From Owenia fusiformis (taxonomy: Eukaryota), in assembly GCA_903813345.2 (NCBI GenBank), contig CAIIXF020000001.1:24056001-24120000 (forward strand): a stretch of DNA of 64,000 bases, in the 5' to 3' direction. The stretch's first letter is position 1. Each line of letters begins with the position of its first letter. Below are positions 25,401-40,000 of this stretch, one piece after another. The translations under genes and the position numbers were made by a program. The notes under the pieces are model-generated. The model searched no databases, was not told the origin of the DNA, and worked only from the letters and a program-made list of their open reading frames with translations.

Positions 25401-28176
25401 AGGTTTCTGTGAGATTAACATTATTGTTATTTCTACCCATAAGGTAGACCTTCAACTCAGGGGCGGGGTTAGAACCGTTTGAATGGCACTCAAGATTGAC
25501 CCTATCGTTTTCTTTCACGTGCAGGACAGAGCCATCCGTCATGTTGCTGAAATAAACTTGTTTTGGCCCACCTGAAATGTAAATATGAACATATAAATAC
25601 AGTGCAATGAGATTAGGAGAAATCCAACAGATTTCATGGAAGTTGGTACATTGTCTGTGTTGGTTTCCAAATTTTGCACGAGATACGCAACGTTGAGTGT
25701 TAATTTTAGGAAACAACGCCTGAAAGGAATGGTCATTCCACAATACATTTCACACATTGCAAGATATTTTCTACCATGTCACTTAAAAGATATGCAATCA
25801 CTAAAAGAACGTCCTTTCAATGAACCTTTTTGCAACAGTCAAGTTGGCAAAGTATCAATTTCAATCTGTAGAGTCAAGTTGTCAGCCTGGCAACGACATA
25901 AGGAATGTCCTTGGATGCGGTGATTGGTTATATAATGCACCATAGTTATATGAAATATTGTGTTCGGATTGGCTGGAATCGAACACACCTTGCCTAGTGT
26001 GTGAATACTTTTTAAGGATCATGACTTACAACCTCGTGTTTATGTGAATGGTTGTAAATTGCCATGGTCGGTTTCATGTTGTTACTTTTACACTACATTT
26101 ATCCTAAAAAGGTCTTACCAAGCACCTCCAAAGCTGTCACACTGAATGGTTCATTGGGTAAGGAGGGAACGGAGCAACCAATACTACCTCCTCCATCCTC
26201 CGCTTTTACGTTTGTAATTGTGATAGTGCCGACGTCTCCTTTGCCTTCGACCTCCTCGAATTGAATACTATATCTACCAGTCTCTTCGAACGGAGAATTT
26301 ACTTTCTGTCCAGCATCTCCACTTATTGTTTTAAAATAGGGTTCTGATACGGAATCGACATATTTGATGACATGTGGTGGTTGGAACTTCGGGAGAGCTG
26401 GGCTTATAGTACATGTAAATGTAACTGTTTCGCCTTCCAATACTGGTCCGGTTGGGCCTTCTACATCAATAGTAGTTTGACACAGTGCACCTAAAACAAC
26501 GATCTTTGTAATAATTCAAATTCGTCTAGGTCGCTCGTTTGGGCCAGATAGCAAGGCGGGTATGGTAGAAAGTTCCCTTTAACTAAAATTACATCTGTTT
26601 TAGTGGTTCAATTCTCATATCACGACACCCTTATCTATCTAATAGTTATGCAAATTAAAATATGTCCAGTAAAAGAAAATGTTATCTGTCCAATACAAGA
26701 AAAGATATTTCATTTTTTGTGATTTTATAACATGGGGCCTATGGGGAATCTCCCCGAACTCGAAGTAACATTTTCAAAAATATTAAATTTTCAAAGTTGA
26801 TAAACAATTTTCGAAACAATATTTCTAGATGTACTTTTATATGTAGAATTTTGAATATCTAATGACGTAAATCATGATTATTTCTACTCGCATCTAGTCA
26901 ATTGTTATGACAACATTATCGCGAGAAAATGGACAAAAAGATCCAATTTCGGGAGATATTTATGTAAGTGTTATAAAGTAAAGGAAAGAATGTGTACAGT
27001 GATAGCTGCCAATGTGTCTCTTACAATCAAGACCTGAAAACTGATATATTAGAATTGAAAGGGAGACGTTTACTTTTTAAAAAGCTAGGAAAGAACCAAT
27101 TCTTAACATGTAGAACCATTTTCTTCTATCATTCTCATAATTTCCATTCTAACGTTGATTTGGTGAAATAACAAACACAAACCTCGCTACATATTTCTTT
27201 TGACAACACAAAAATGTAAGTGCTTTACGATTTAAAAAAGTGTCCAAATTACTTTTATAATGATGTTGAAATTAAATTATGTAAATCCAAAGTGACCCTG
27301 CTTGGGAGCAATTGTAAGTCTGTTATTGTATAAATATGTTACTGTATTGTATTGTTGTGTCTAATACCCAATAATTAGAAGGTTTAACCTGTTAACAAAT
27401 AGATTGACATTGAAATTGACAATGCGGTTTGTCACTTGAATCTTACATCACTGTACAAAGATCAATGGGTGTAAAGGGATCGTAAATAGCGTCAATAGTA
27501 TACTAGTATCAATGTTTGTTTCAGGAAGTTAAATTAATCTTGAATTTCGTCGGCAACCGTAGAATGAAAAAGTGTACTATTTAGGTAGATTTTATGTCTT
27601 TTATTCATACTAGTAATGCTAGTCTTGATTTGATGGCCATTATTATGGGTAACTTAAAATTCAAATGGGAGCCCATGGTATGATAGTAGTTTTCTTTAAA
27701 TCATATGTAGCAAAGGCATGGAAGGGTTTAGTAATCCTTCAAGGTAGTGATAGTTGGGGAAGTTAGCACTTGGCGTCATGTTGTTCCTCCTTGGATTATC
27801 TTTAAGTATTGCACAAAATCTCTCAAACTATCCCAAATTATATCAAAATGTGGTTATTATCCATCATTCCTTGAAATGATCAGTCAAAAGATGTAAGAAG
27901 GCAGAACAATTATTTTTGGTGAAATTTAGGTCCAACGAAGTTAGACTGTCAATCTGTAAATTGGCTAGATTTCCATCATGCGTCATACACCCTAATCAAG
28001 AGAGATATGATATTACTATTTATCTAGATTTCAATTGAGATCTAAAAACAAAGTAACTGTCCACATGCCATTTATACAAATATATATAATTATGTTATAC
28101 AATAAAATATATGATAAATCACAATACCTGTCACACACAGTAATGCCCCTAGAAAATGAAATATCCAATCCGCCAT
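22477..28176 (-). CDS. Ig-superfamily cell-surface protein, paralog B (signal + 3 Ig-like domains + probable GPI signal, 7 exons)
   Basis: Exons 28128-28176 (MADWIFHFLGALLCVT), 26119-26490, 25351-25571, 24192-24327, 23803-24008, 23190-23322, 22477-22577 join in frame. Exon lengths 136, 206 and 133 nt match paralog A; C-terminus ...YIDFIITSLVLTLVASHLN*. Confidence 0.85.
22778..23140. mobile_element. MITE with TTAA target site, Kolobok/piggyBac-like
   Basis: TTAA|AGGGGCAATA ... TATTGCACCT|TTAA. Confidence 0.55.
24454..25084. mobile_element. MITE with 15-bp subterminal tandem repeats and 8-bp TSD
   Basis: (CAACTCGTACCCAAGA-like) x3 at the left end, inverted x3 at the right end; AATAGATT duplicated at 24446-24453 and 25085-25092. 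Confidence 0.8.
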
Positions 28177-30319
28177 GATTTTGTAAATACACCCAACAGT
28201 AACTCTGATTCAAATTCAACTTTATGAGAACCACAAGAAGCCATAAAGCTAAATCCGAGTGATGGAGTGAATGATTAACCAATTGTTTACCAGATCATTG
28301 TTATAAAGTACCCCCTTGCGTAGAGTTAGGTATGACAAACAGGGAACCGTATGTTGACATTTAAAGACGCACGTGATTTAATTATTTTCAAGGGTGATTG
28401 AAACCATTGATAGATATGAAAAATAAAACAATTATTTCTCATTGGATGAGATTTAAACACACATATCAAAAGTTTGTAATTATTTTGAAAAATTGAAATG
28501 GTAATTTTGGTATTCCGGTTTTGCTTCTTTAAATACGAAATTAAATGCCATGAGATAATATTGTGTTTATCCCTTTTGAAAAATTGATAACATACAGGAG
28601 GATTGAGGGACATTGGACCTTGAAAGATACAATATCATAGATAGGCTGCTTATGTAAAACTCAGTCATACAACCCATGGAGATGCATCATTTGAATTCCA
28701 GTTATCTTAGGAAATAGAACAAATCATTTAAAGGGTGGGGTTCATCTTGAAATGAAATCTATAGTTTGAGGGACAGGATTGAAGGACAGACTGGAGGTCT
28801 ATTGAGTGATTCAATAATGCAACAAGACAGGCAGAGGGAGCAGTGTAGGGGTGTACATTGGCCAAAAGTTCCTTCACTATTCATTAACTACTGAGGCACT
28901 CTTATTGATAGATTCAGTAAATTGTTTCCATGTCACATGACTGATAATCATTTATAAAAACTGAGAGCCTGAGAATAATATTTTAATAGTCAAAGCCAGA
29001 ACTTCAATGTTTTGAATTCTGGTGGAATAGGTGATAATAACCGCTTCTTGTTCCATTAAAATTCTCCTCCTTAATTTCAGACAGATGTAGACACCAGAGC
29101 TCATAAATAATGAAACAGAAACATAATTTTAATGTTGATGTCAGTATCATATATTGTAATGTTTATATCCACAAGACATGACAAAATTGGCATTACATAA
29201 TAATAATAATATAAGAACAAATAGCCAACCTTCCTTGTTCATCGTCTCGGGAAAAGTCATCCTCTATACACACAGGGACAGAAAGTCCCCCACTTGTTAT
29301 AAGTGACTCTAGCAAGGGATAATCTGTCCTTCTGTACAAAGAAGATCACAAATAAAATAAAACTTAAAACATTTAACATCCATATACATGTTAACTACAT
29401 GTACTTCACAAAAGTTTTAACAGCAAATTCATGGATGTCACATCTGATCGTATGTAAAATAAAATTGTTAAAACTTAATTTACAATTAAAATGATACGTT
29501 TTTACCATGATAAATACATCCTCCTCACGTGTTTTGTGATGCTCAATTTCTTCTCTCTCACAACGCCATTACATTTTAAGAAATATGGTGTATTGTCAGC
29601 TTTTTATATTGGCTTATATTGGAAGTTAAAAGCGTGTACAAATATACACATATACAAGATACAGACAAGACATGCACTATTTCTCTCCATAAATAATAAA
29701 AAATTGCTCCACAATCCTAATTCACATGTTACAAAATTTTATATATAATTTTCCAAAGTATACAAAAAGTAACAACATATTTCAATAAAACCAAAATTTG
29801 CATGCAATAATTTGGTTCAAAAATTCAGATTTTCACCCGATCTTTCTCTCGAAACTCTTACATATTGCAGAACACAATCTTTACAATATTACACTAATCT
29901 TTACAGAATATACAGTTTTTACAGATGATACACTTTGATTTTCTCCATAGAGCATATAACATGTATTAGCTACCAACCTTACATTTCTATTATCAAGTCT
30001 GGATAGGTAAAATATTGATATAGTACATGTTCTTCTGAACAGTGAACACATAATAATAAATTGATATACTGTGATGCCTTGATGCACAATCAGTTGACAA
30101 TATTAAGAATTCATAAATTGGCATTTGCATACAATTTGTTCAGATTTTTACCCAACTAAAAGAGCATCTTAACTTGCCCATGTCTCTGTACAGTGATTTA
30201 AATAGCAACTACAGTAGATATAGCACCGGTTATAGTTCTGTGACTGACTATGCTTTCTAATGTGGTGTTTTGTGATATGATAATGTTGTAATCTTGCATT
30301 CAAACCTTTAACCCAGAAA

Positions 30320-30480
30320 CTGTGATGCAACTGGTCCAATTGCTAGTTTATTCAATGACTTACTAGTCCAGTGACTCTGTGATGCAACTGGTCCAATTGC
30401 TAGTTTATTCAATGATTTACCAGTCCAGTGACTCTGTGATGCAACTGGTCCAATTGCTTGTCTATACAATGACTTACCAG
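30320..30480. repeat. ~57-bp x3 tandem repeat in the probable CLASP 3' UTR
   Basis: Unit CTGTGATGCAACTGGTCCAATTGCTAGTTTATTCAATGACTTACTAGTCCAGTGACT. Confidence 0.85.
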
Positions 30481-31020
30481 CAGATCAAGTGTAAACTAGG
30501 ATCAACTGACTGCATCCAACAACATTAAGAAATTACAGCAATAGTGTTTTCCACCTAATAAGAATGTCTTCACCCAACACTCAGTTTGCGATTTCCTCTA
30601 TTTAGCTTTAGACTGTACAGGAGGATCATACTGGCAGAATGCATTAGCGTCTACTATACCTCAGTTTCAAGTAAGCTCTTGGGATGTCTTATATTATGAC
30701 TGTACTTCCATTTAGTCTCTTAGAGCCTTACTTAATGGAACATTTAACAGGATTTCTCTATCACCATCAGGGTGCACTGTAAATGTGATCCAATTCAAAT
30801 CACCTGTGTTTCAAATGAATCAGGATCAGTGATGATGTCATTATGATGATGTCACTATGATGATGTCAGTGTGACAGGTGTTATTATCATAGTTCTATGT
30901 TACCAAACTGTGAATGTCATCAAGACACAGTTCACTGTTTACTATGTTTCCACATAGAAACACTCTTGATCCTTTGGCAACCATTGTGTCTACTGCAATC
31001 AAATCCATTGTGTTGCTAGG

Positions 31021-34000
31021 CTAGACTGTCATGTGACCACCATCTGATGACGTAGGAGAGACTGCCTTTGATGGACTGGTAGACTGGGACTTTGCACGTT
31101 TGATGTACAAGTTCAATAACTTCATCTGGAAACAGGAAGCATATAAGTTATAAAATGAAATACATTAGAATCATACAAAATGGCAAAACTAGAAATATTA
31201 TTGCAATTCATGTGCATATCATTTATCCAAAAGCATGGATATTAACCAGACCTGAACAAACCATGGGCTGTTCAGGCTTTGTGTTAAACTGATAAAACCA
31301 CCGGGTTTGCTAAAAAAGATAATACCATGCCTAAACAAGCAAAATGATACCATGGTTAGTGCCTGTGAAATGGGTTTCTCCTATGATATATGTGTTTCAT
31401 TATCAATTCACAAAAAAACATAAGAATACTTGTACAAATATTTTTAGAAGATAATATCGAATATAAAAGGAATGACCATATTGAAACATTCCATGTAAAA
31501 ACAGCCATATTGAAACATTCCATGTAATGATTACATACCTTGCTGCCATTGAGATCTCCTAGGTGCACTTTCAGGTCTTCTCCCATGATGTTATAGAGGG
31601 CCACAAGACAGAATACACTGGCCTTACGCACACTGCTCTCACTGTTATCATAGCCACGTATCAGACCAGGTATCATTTGAGACAACAGCTTCTCACAGGC
31701 AGCTTTATCCTCCATTCCTTCAACAACCTAAAACAAAAATCAGGTGCATTTTTCACCGAAGGAGGAATGTTTCACCTGGACAGAATTACTTTACAAATCA
31801 GCTGTTTCTTCGGATCACCCTACCATCAATATTTTCTTTTTAATTTTCATATGCAACTTAACAGCAAATATATAAAAATATGTTACAACTTTTATTTATT
31901 TATCAAATATAATGTATATGCTGATGTACTGTATATGAAACACTATGTAGCATTACTTTATCTTATGGAGGGGTGCCATTGTTTTTTGAAACACTGTACA
32001 GTGCATAATCTATCAACCTATTTTCGTTGGACAGTGTGCAAAACAGAATGCTATGTATGTTACCCTACCTTGGTAAGCATCTTGATACCAGCTAGGTTGA
32101 TTGGATACGCAGCTGTCTCTACGATTGGCTTAAGTACCCGCACACATTGGTCACATGGTACAGACTTAGCTAATGTCATTGCACATTCTTCTGCTGCTCG
32201 CACCACCTGATAAAGAAAAATAGTAAACTATGTTTGAGCAAATTATATTAAAATTATTTTGCTTTCCTACAATATATGAATAGCACAAATAAATCAGGAA
32301 AATGTTACATATCCTAAACCATGGGGTCAAATAACTTTCACAGAAGGTGACTCAGGTTTCAACTACATACCCTTATTAAAGATTATATTGAGAATGCAGC
32401 CAATTTTTCAATTCTCATATTCTGTAAAGAATGGCTGTATTTAAAGATTCATTAAAGAATCACTACAGAAATAACATCTTTAAAAAATTCTGTTATGGGA
32501 CTTTTTGGGGTGATAATCATTAGCATTCCTACCTCTTTCTGTGAATCTTTATGGGCCTCTAATATCTTGAGAATGGTGAGGCCATCATATTCCTTGAACC
32601 TGTCTGGTTGATGCCTCATTATCTCACGCAATGTACGCAGAGACAAAGCTCGGATGTGACCCTGCAAATATATATAATAAAATGTATGGTTTATCACATG
32701 TCACTTCTCATAATTTTGTAAGAATAAATTGATTGTGTAAGACACTCTTTAACAATATACAATTACATTAATACTTAGTTGCACTAATTACTTTTCAAAA
32801 ATATTCACCTGAATTTCAAACAAATGTTTGAAATGTTCGCATTAGTAATGTGACATTCTGTGCATGCCAATTGATCTAATTTCATGTTCCAGTCATTAAT
32901 GCAGTTTCATCAATGCGTTTCATGCATAGACTACTTCATACATACTGTATGTGTTCATACTTTAATGAGGGCTTGATGCAATCACGTTCAATGTATTTGG
33001 TGTATAGATCATTCAATAATCACTTGGAAAATGCTTTTCAAATTATTACATTTTGCTACACATTGAAAAACAATATCAAAAAAATTAATTCACTGTAGTG
33101 AACAAATATTATGCAAAAGTATGAATCAAAAACTTCTAAACAAGGGATTAAGTAACATCCAAAATGTCACCACCTGCCAATTGTTACAGGTGCCAACTAC
33201 TGAACACCAACCACTGAACACTGTTTATAAAAAAGTTGGAGACTATAACAATATGTCAGAAATTCTGGTGGTGACATAAAAATTGACTGAAAAAATATCA
33301 GCATTCTTCCTCATATTTATTAAATACTCACATCATCATCTCCCAGTGTTTCAAGTAGGAGCAACAAAACTGTCTTAAAATGTTCATCCCATAGTGCCAT
33401 AGTTCCTTCCCGTGTCATCTTTATTAGAGTTAACATGGCATTCTTGCGCTCTTCTTGGCGCTCGTTGTGATTGGATAGTTCTGCTAGGATTTCTGATATC
33501 ATATCTTGCTGGTCTGGTAATTCTGTGATTGGAGAAAACATATTGGAACTGTTAATATAGGGCAACTGTAACAGATATAGTTGTCCACCATGGATAATTG
33601 TACCCTTATAACTGACACTGACTGAGCACAATCTTGTGAGACTGATATAATACTACAACAGCATGAACCAATAGATAGGGAGACAATAATTCCAAGGGAA
33701 CATACCTTCCTACCACAGCATGATCAGTTGATTCTGGAGAAATGGGTATAGAAAATAATATATTTTGATTTGAGATAAAATACTGAAAAAGAACCTTTCA
33801 GAGAAGCTTCTACTAAGTGCAAACACAGCATTATCTTAGAGAAGCCTGATAAGTAAACAAGCCAATACTCCCCCCTTTGTATCGTTGGCACAAGTACCAT
33901 ACAGACTTAATCACACCATTACTATGCTCATGGAGCACATCAAGGGGCCTCAATTTCTCATATGTTTAGCCACTAGCTTAAATTATGATACAGTGATCAA

Positions 34001-37000
34001 GCTAATGATATGATGGTGTCTACATAGTACCTGTGATTAGGCTATTTAGTAAAAGTGATGAATATGCTTTAAGTGCATTCAAGAACCATGCTACCAAGCT
34101 ATTCAGTGCCTTTATAGTAGATGTTGGTATTCTAATAATTCAATCAGTATACGAACAATAATTCCTTTGATATGAATTATTATATAAGCAAAAATAAGTC
34201 CATTATTACATGAGGATGCGATGCACATATTTTGAAAGCAGATTTTATAAGTAATTTAGGGGAATATTATTATTAATTATAATTGTAGGTATTCTCACCA
34301 TGTTTGAGTTTAACACCAAGCATTGCCTTCCACGGGGCTAAAGAGATGATAGGTGAAGATGAGACACAGATAAAGTACATAGATAAACAATAGGTAAGTA
34401 CAGGTAAACAATAGATGAATACAGGTAAACAATAGGTAAGTTAGCAACAGGTAAACAAAAGATGTACAATTAAAATTGGGTAAACAATGATAGCTAAATG
34501 TAAGTATAAACATCATTTTGCATAATGCAGTAGAAGATATAAACAAAGGTGCAATGAAGATATAGGTGCAATAAATGACAATAGTAGTGATGTTGCATAG
34601 CAACAGCTTTCGAAGAGCTAGAATTAGTTTCATCTAACTTTCTTAAATTTGAAGAGCAATTGAATTATACAGCACATATAAATTGAATGTTGAATAAGTT
34701 GAATCTTCTGACAATCTGCTACATAATAATTAGTAAAGATTTCAAAACTTGTATTAGCGCCAAAAATTATATAATAAGCTTCAAAGAGTTAAGTTCTAAG
34801 AAATATCAAATTATTAACAAATGTTTCAGAAATGACTAATGCATTACCATCACACCAAAATGTTGCTACATAACAAAGACAGAGTACACAGAGGTTAATA
34901 TAGTAACAGTTGTTACATTCAAGTTACATTTTACAGACAGATATGTCACAAGTTACACATATCTAAGACATGTTAATAGGTAAGGAAGAATGAAAGAGAG
35001 ATGACAAGAATGGAAGTTAGAATATAGACAGGGATATATGATAACATGATGTCATCAATGGTCAGATATCACCTTTCACATTACATATGACTGTGGTGTC
35101 AGCTTCATATGACAGTTGCTATGGTGAGGGACACACAATAATAAAGCAGACACTCCAGTTGATGCTTGGTGTTAGCTCAGAACAATTCATTTGCATATTT
35201 TTAGGTTCAATTTAGTATTTATATAAGAAAAATATTAGGAAATTATTCAACTGCACAAAACCATGCAGATCAGTTCTACTGTTCTATATAATTGTAGATA
35301 AGTTCTATATAATTGGTATTAAACAGCACTGTGTCAGTTGTATGACAACATTACCTCATGCATCAATAGTTTGGCAATCTTCACAAAACCATTCAAACAA
35401 ACTATTAGTTATCTCTTTTCTAGTATGCTTGCGTGTGTTACCACAGTGAGCTTCATATTAGGAGCAAGTCAACATACATGTACATATTGTGCGGATTGTG
35501 TTCTATGTACAGGTTGACCACAAAAAGGTGAGTTTTCTTGAAATAACTTGTATTATCTATGATAGTGTCATGTTGTGCCAAATAAGGAGCCTTTATCTCA
35601 GATAATAAGTTAATTGAGAATAACCCTAGTCCACTTTTTTGGATCACCCTGTACTTTGCACAAGAGTGTGACTTATACTTGTACAACGACTATAACATCA
35701 ATCAGACACTTACCTTCATTGAACAATTCATTCTCAACATCAAACACAGCCTCTGCCAATGCTGCACGATTGTAGTTATTTTGCTGCAATTAATCAGTAA
35801 GAATTCATCTATCTTTCATTATATACACTGATTCTGATCTACTAGGATGATGAAAATTATACATTTATTTATTACCATGACATTATCATAATAATAATAA
35901 TAATTTACGCATCCAAGAGAAGGCAGTGACCTCCTCAGCTACGAAGTAACTGGGAGCTGCACACTTTTGAAAGTCTGAAAATTAAATGCCACCCTGTTGA
36001 AAACTTATTTGCACCATGTCAAATGGGTGAAATACATACATATTTTGACCAAATCAGGCATGGTTAGAATTTAGCACGGCAAAAGAAAAAATAATGGAGA
36101 TGAAACTGACAGGTATCATCTCTTATATATTTAAGAATTTTCAGGTGCGTCATGTACCCAGTAACCTACCTCATCTTGATATGAAGCTGGATTATACTGC
36201 TGTCTAGCAAGGACAGCCCTGGGTGACTCTGCATGATTTACTCCTTTGTTACTTGGGCTATCTATCCTACTAACATCTGGCAATGAACTCTGTATTCCAC
36301 TATCCTGTGATGTACTGTCTCTCTCCTTTTTAGTGTCATTATATGATGCATTTAAATTTTGAATGTCTGCTGTAGTCTTTTTAATTGAGTTAAATATATC
36401 TTGGGGATTCATATTTTCTGTTTCTTGATTTGTGTCACTAGAAAACGTCCTGGAAAGCAATGACAAGGAATGTAATATATGTCAAGTGTTATACATGTGG
36501 AGAGCATGTACACTTTCAATTATTTTGTGAATGGATTCAAATATTATTAATAGTCAGGAATATTTAGGTGAAAATATTTCAAAAATATATAGAAGCAATT
36601 TTAAGGTGGATTTCAAAATTTCATACCATTCTTTTGAAAACCTGAAGTGGCACCAAGCAATCCATTGACTTTTTCACCAAAAATCCAAGATGGCCGCCAC
36701 GATGTATCGAAAAATCATAAAAATTGACTAAAGTTGTAATTTAATAAGTCAAAATAGTTGTATACTGATCAAACATGACTAATAATAGTACCTATTAGAT
36801 GTTCATATGCAGTTAAAGTCACTGGATCATTTTTGTATGAAAACTGGAGTCCCACAAGGCTCAATTTTATGTCCGCTACTTTTTTTGTCTAATGACTTGC
36901 ATTGACCATGGCATTTGCACATAGCAGTGGATACTTATCCATTTTTGAAATGTAAGCACCCAGGACCACATTTCACCTTGCACCCATACTTGACCAATGC

Positions 37001-40000
37001 TTGGCATGCCTTGGCTGCTTGAGGAAGGGATGTCAATAGTGGCACCAGTAGAGACATGTCATACTTCAAGCCCCATATTGTGAACTCCTATACCAATTTT
37101 AGATGGAGATTGTACAGTTGCCCCCAAACAATACCACCTTGGTTAGCAAGTTCTTAAGATTTTCTGAGCAAGGCCTCCTTTTGTTGGTGGTATTCTGTCA
37201 ATGACTGTATGGCCGTCACAGAGCATTAGCCTTCGTGCTGCATTGATATCTATCTGGTTGCTGGTTCGATCATATAATAGAACAGTGAAACAGTCTAGGG
37301 ACTGAATGGTCTGAATTTACAAAACCAGGTTTGTTGCAAGCATTTGTGCCACTCTTTTGTAGAAAAGCTGGAGTAACTTCCTTGAACACATTCCATAGCT
37401 TGAAGGCAGATCCTTTGCTATGGCCAAAGAATGATGCAGTTAATATAATTTAATATCTGTAATTTCTGAGAGGTCTGAAGGCAATCCAGATTGACACTTA
37501 TTGGGCCCTAATTATTATTATTATATCTTGGTTACCGCCATATTTGGCGAGCAATACCTCATTGGTATATTCCGTATTTAACTTATTTTACACTCGAAGA
37601 CAGAGCCAGAAACCCCTCCTTGGAGGAGCCTGTGTTCTTTTGTGTGCACAGGTACACAGACATACAGGTACACACCACAGCCTTTTATACGAGTCGTGAA
37701 CCACTCAGTCAAACACCCAGAATTACATCACGTACAAACAAACTTGTCTGAACCGGGAATCGAACCCGGGGCCAAGCGATATTGGTAACCTTGACTCTGC
37801 CACTGAGCCATAGCGGGTGGACTAATGCTGCAGCCATGGCAAGAACAACTACATCAGTATCTCAACTTCTGATTATGAAGTCTTTTTTTCCCTCTGAGGT
37901 CATCTGTTTTACATGAACAAAGAGTCTAGTGTCAACTTCTTCATGAGTACAAGGTCCAATCATTGCTGTATCTGGCAAGTGAGGAAATCACTGAACAGAT
38001 TCCACAATAGAAGTTATCATTTGCTTGTCATTTACATCAACCTCAAAAATAGAGTTGGCCAGGAATGCTAACAGCTTAGTCTTGTTCTGGCCATTTCTTA
38101 GAAAGCCTAGCCAATTCTTGGGCATCGCGATTCTCTGCATAAACCATCCAGTCCCACTGTTTTGTTGGTAGACATCCCAGAACACCTTCCATAAGCTGCC
38201 TTAACTTGGGATGAGACATTGGTAGCATATTCTTGGAAGTTGGTAGCCACACCAGGACGCATCACATAGACCAGAAGGGTGCCATCTATTAAAATTGCAT
38301 CTGCAGGTTTTTTCCAATACTTCAGATCCATCTGGCTTAGCTTCTCAACATTTAAGTAAGTCTGCTTCTTTGTAGGTCTCATGGCCCTGTGCTTAGCTAA
38401 GGATGGCCGGAACTCATGTTTTTCATGTTTGAAAAACTCAGACATGTCAATGTGTCTTGATTGGCATCCCGTCATCCCTAGCTAAGCACAGAGCCATGTG
38501 ACCTACGACAGACTTACTTAAATGTCTAGAAACTGGTCCTTTCATCCCAAGTTAAGGTAGCTTATGGAAGGTGTTCCTAGATGTTGTCTGCAATGTTTAC
38601 CTACAAAACAGTGAGAAGTCCCTAACAAGGATTAATCGTGGCACTGGTGCTAGAAGGATAGTTAATGCAGAGAATGCGATGCCTAAGAATTGCCCAGCTT
38701 TCAATTAACGGAACAAGACTAGGCTGTTTGCATTCCTGGCCAACTCTATGTCTGAGTTTGATGTTAATGACAAGCAAATGATAACATCTATTGGAGAATC
38801 TATTCAGTGCTTTCCTCAATTGCCAGATACAGCAATGATTGGACCTTGTACTCATGAAGAAACTGACACGAGACTCTTTGTTCATATAAAACATGACCTC
38901 AGAGGGTAAAAGACTTCACAATCAGAAGTTGAGATACTGATGTAGTTGCTCTTGCCATGGCTGCAGCATTTAAGGGCGCAATAAGTGTCAATCTGGATTG
39001 CCTTCGGACCTCTCAAAAATTACAGGTATTAAATTATATTATATTAGCTTCACCATTCTTTGGCCATAGCAAAAAATCTGCCTTCAAGCTATGGAATGTG
39101 CTCATTGAAGTTACTCCAGCTTTTTTACAAGTGGTACAAATGGTTACAACAAACCTTGCTTTGTCAGTTCAGGCCATTCAGTTCCTAGAATACTTTACTG
39201 TGTTCTATTATATGATCGAACCAGCAACCAGATAGATATCAATACAGCACGAATGTTCTGTGCTGGCCATATAGTAGAATACCACCAACAAAAGGAGACC
39301 TTGCTCAGAAAATCTTAAGAACTTGCTAACCAAGGTGGTATTGTTTGAGGGCAACTGTACAATCTCCATCTAAAATTGGTATAGGAGTTCACAACATGGG
39401 GCTTGAAGTATGACATGTCTCTACTGGTGCTACTGTTGACATACCTTCCTCAAGCAGCCAAGGCATGCCAAGCATTGGTCAAGTATGGGTGCAAGGTGAA
39501 ATGTGGTCCTGGGTGCACACATTACAAAAATAGATAAGTATCCACTGCTATGTGCAAATGCCATGGTCAATGCAAATCATTAGACAAAAAAAGTAGCGGA
39601 CATAAAATTGAGCCTTGTGGGACTCCAGTTTTCATACAAAAATGATCCAATGAATTTAAATGCATATGAACATCTAATACGTACTATTCTTAGTCATGTT
39701 TGATCAGTATACAACTATTTGACTTATTAAATTACAACTTTAGTCAATTTTTATGATTTTTCGATACATTGTGGCGGCCATCTTGGATTTTTGGTGAAAA
39801 AGTCAATGGATTGCTTGGTGCCACTTCAGGTTCTCAAAAGGATGGTATGAAGTTTTGAAATCCACCTTAAGATTGCTTCTATATATTTTTGAAATATTCT
39901 GTGAACTTATCTCCTATTCAAACCCGACTATAAGTAAAAATCTTATATTTATGCTTTAAATTACTTTCATGAAAATACATGTAACACATCAGGGTCAAAT

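Noticed and set aside
31563-32210. 215-aa plus-strand ORF
   Set aside because: Antisense to two CLASP exons and an intron; no recognisable protein features.
33706-33733. 28-nt AG...GT segment in a CLASP intron
   Set aside because: Not frame-preserving; could be a poison exon but there is no supporting evidence.
37745-37820. Possible tRNA gene (A and B boxes)
   Set aside because: No convincing cloverleaf; it continues into a body and (TAA)n tail and sits in an insertion, so it is a SINE head.
38107-39235. ORFs inside the first foldback as an active transposase
   Set aside because: Frameshifts and stops throughout, and only the C-terminal part is present.
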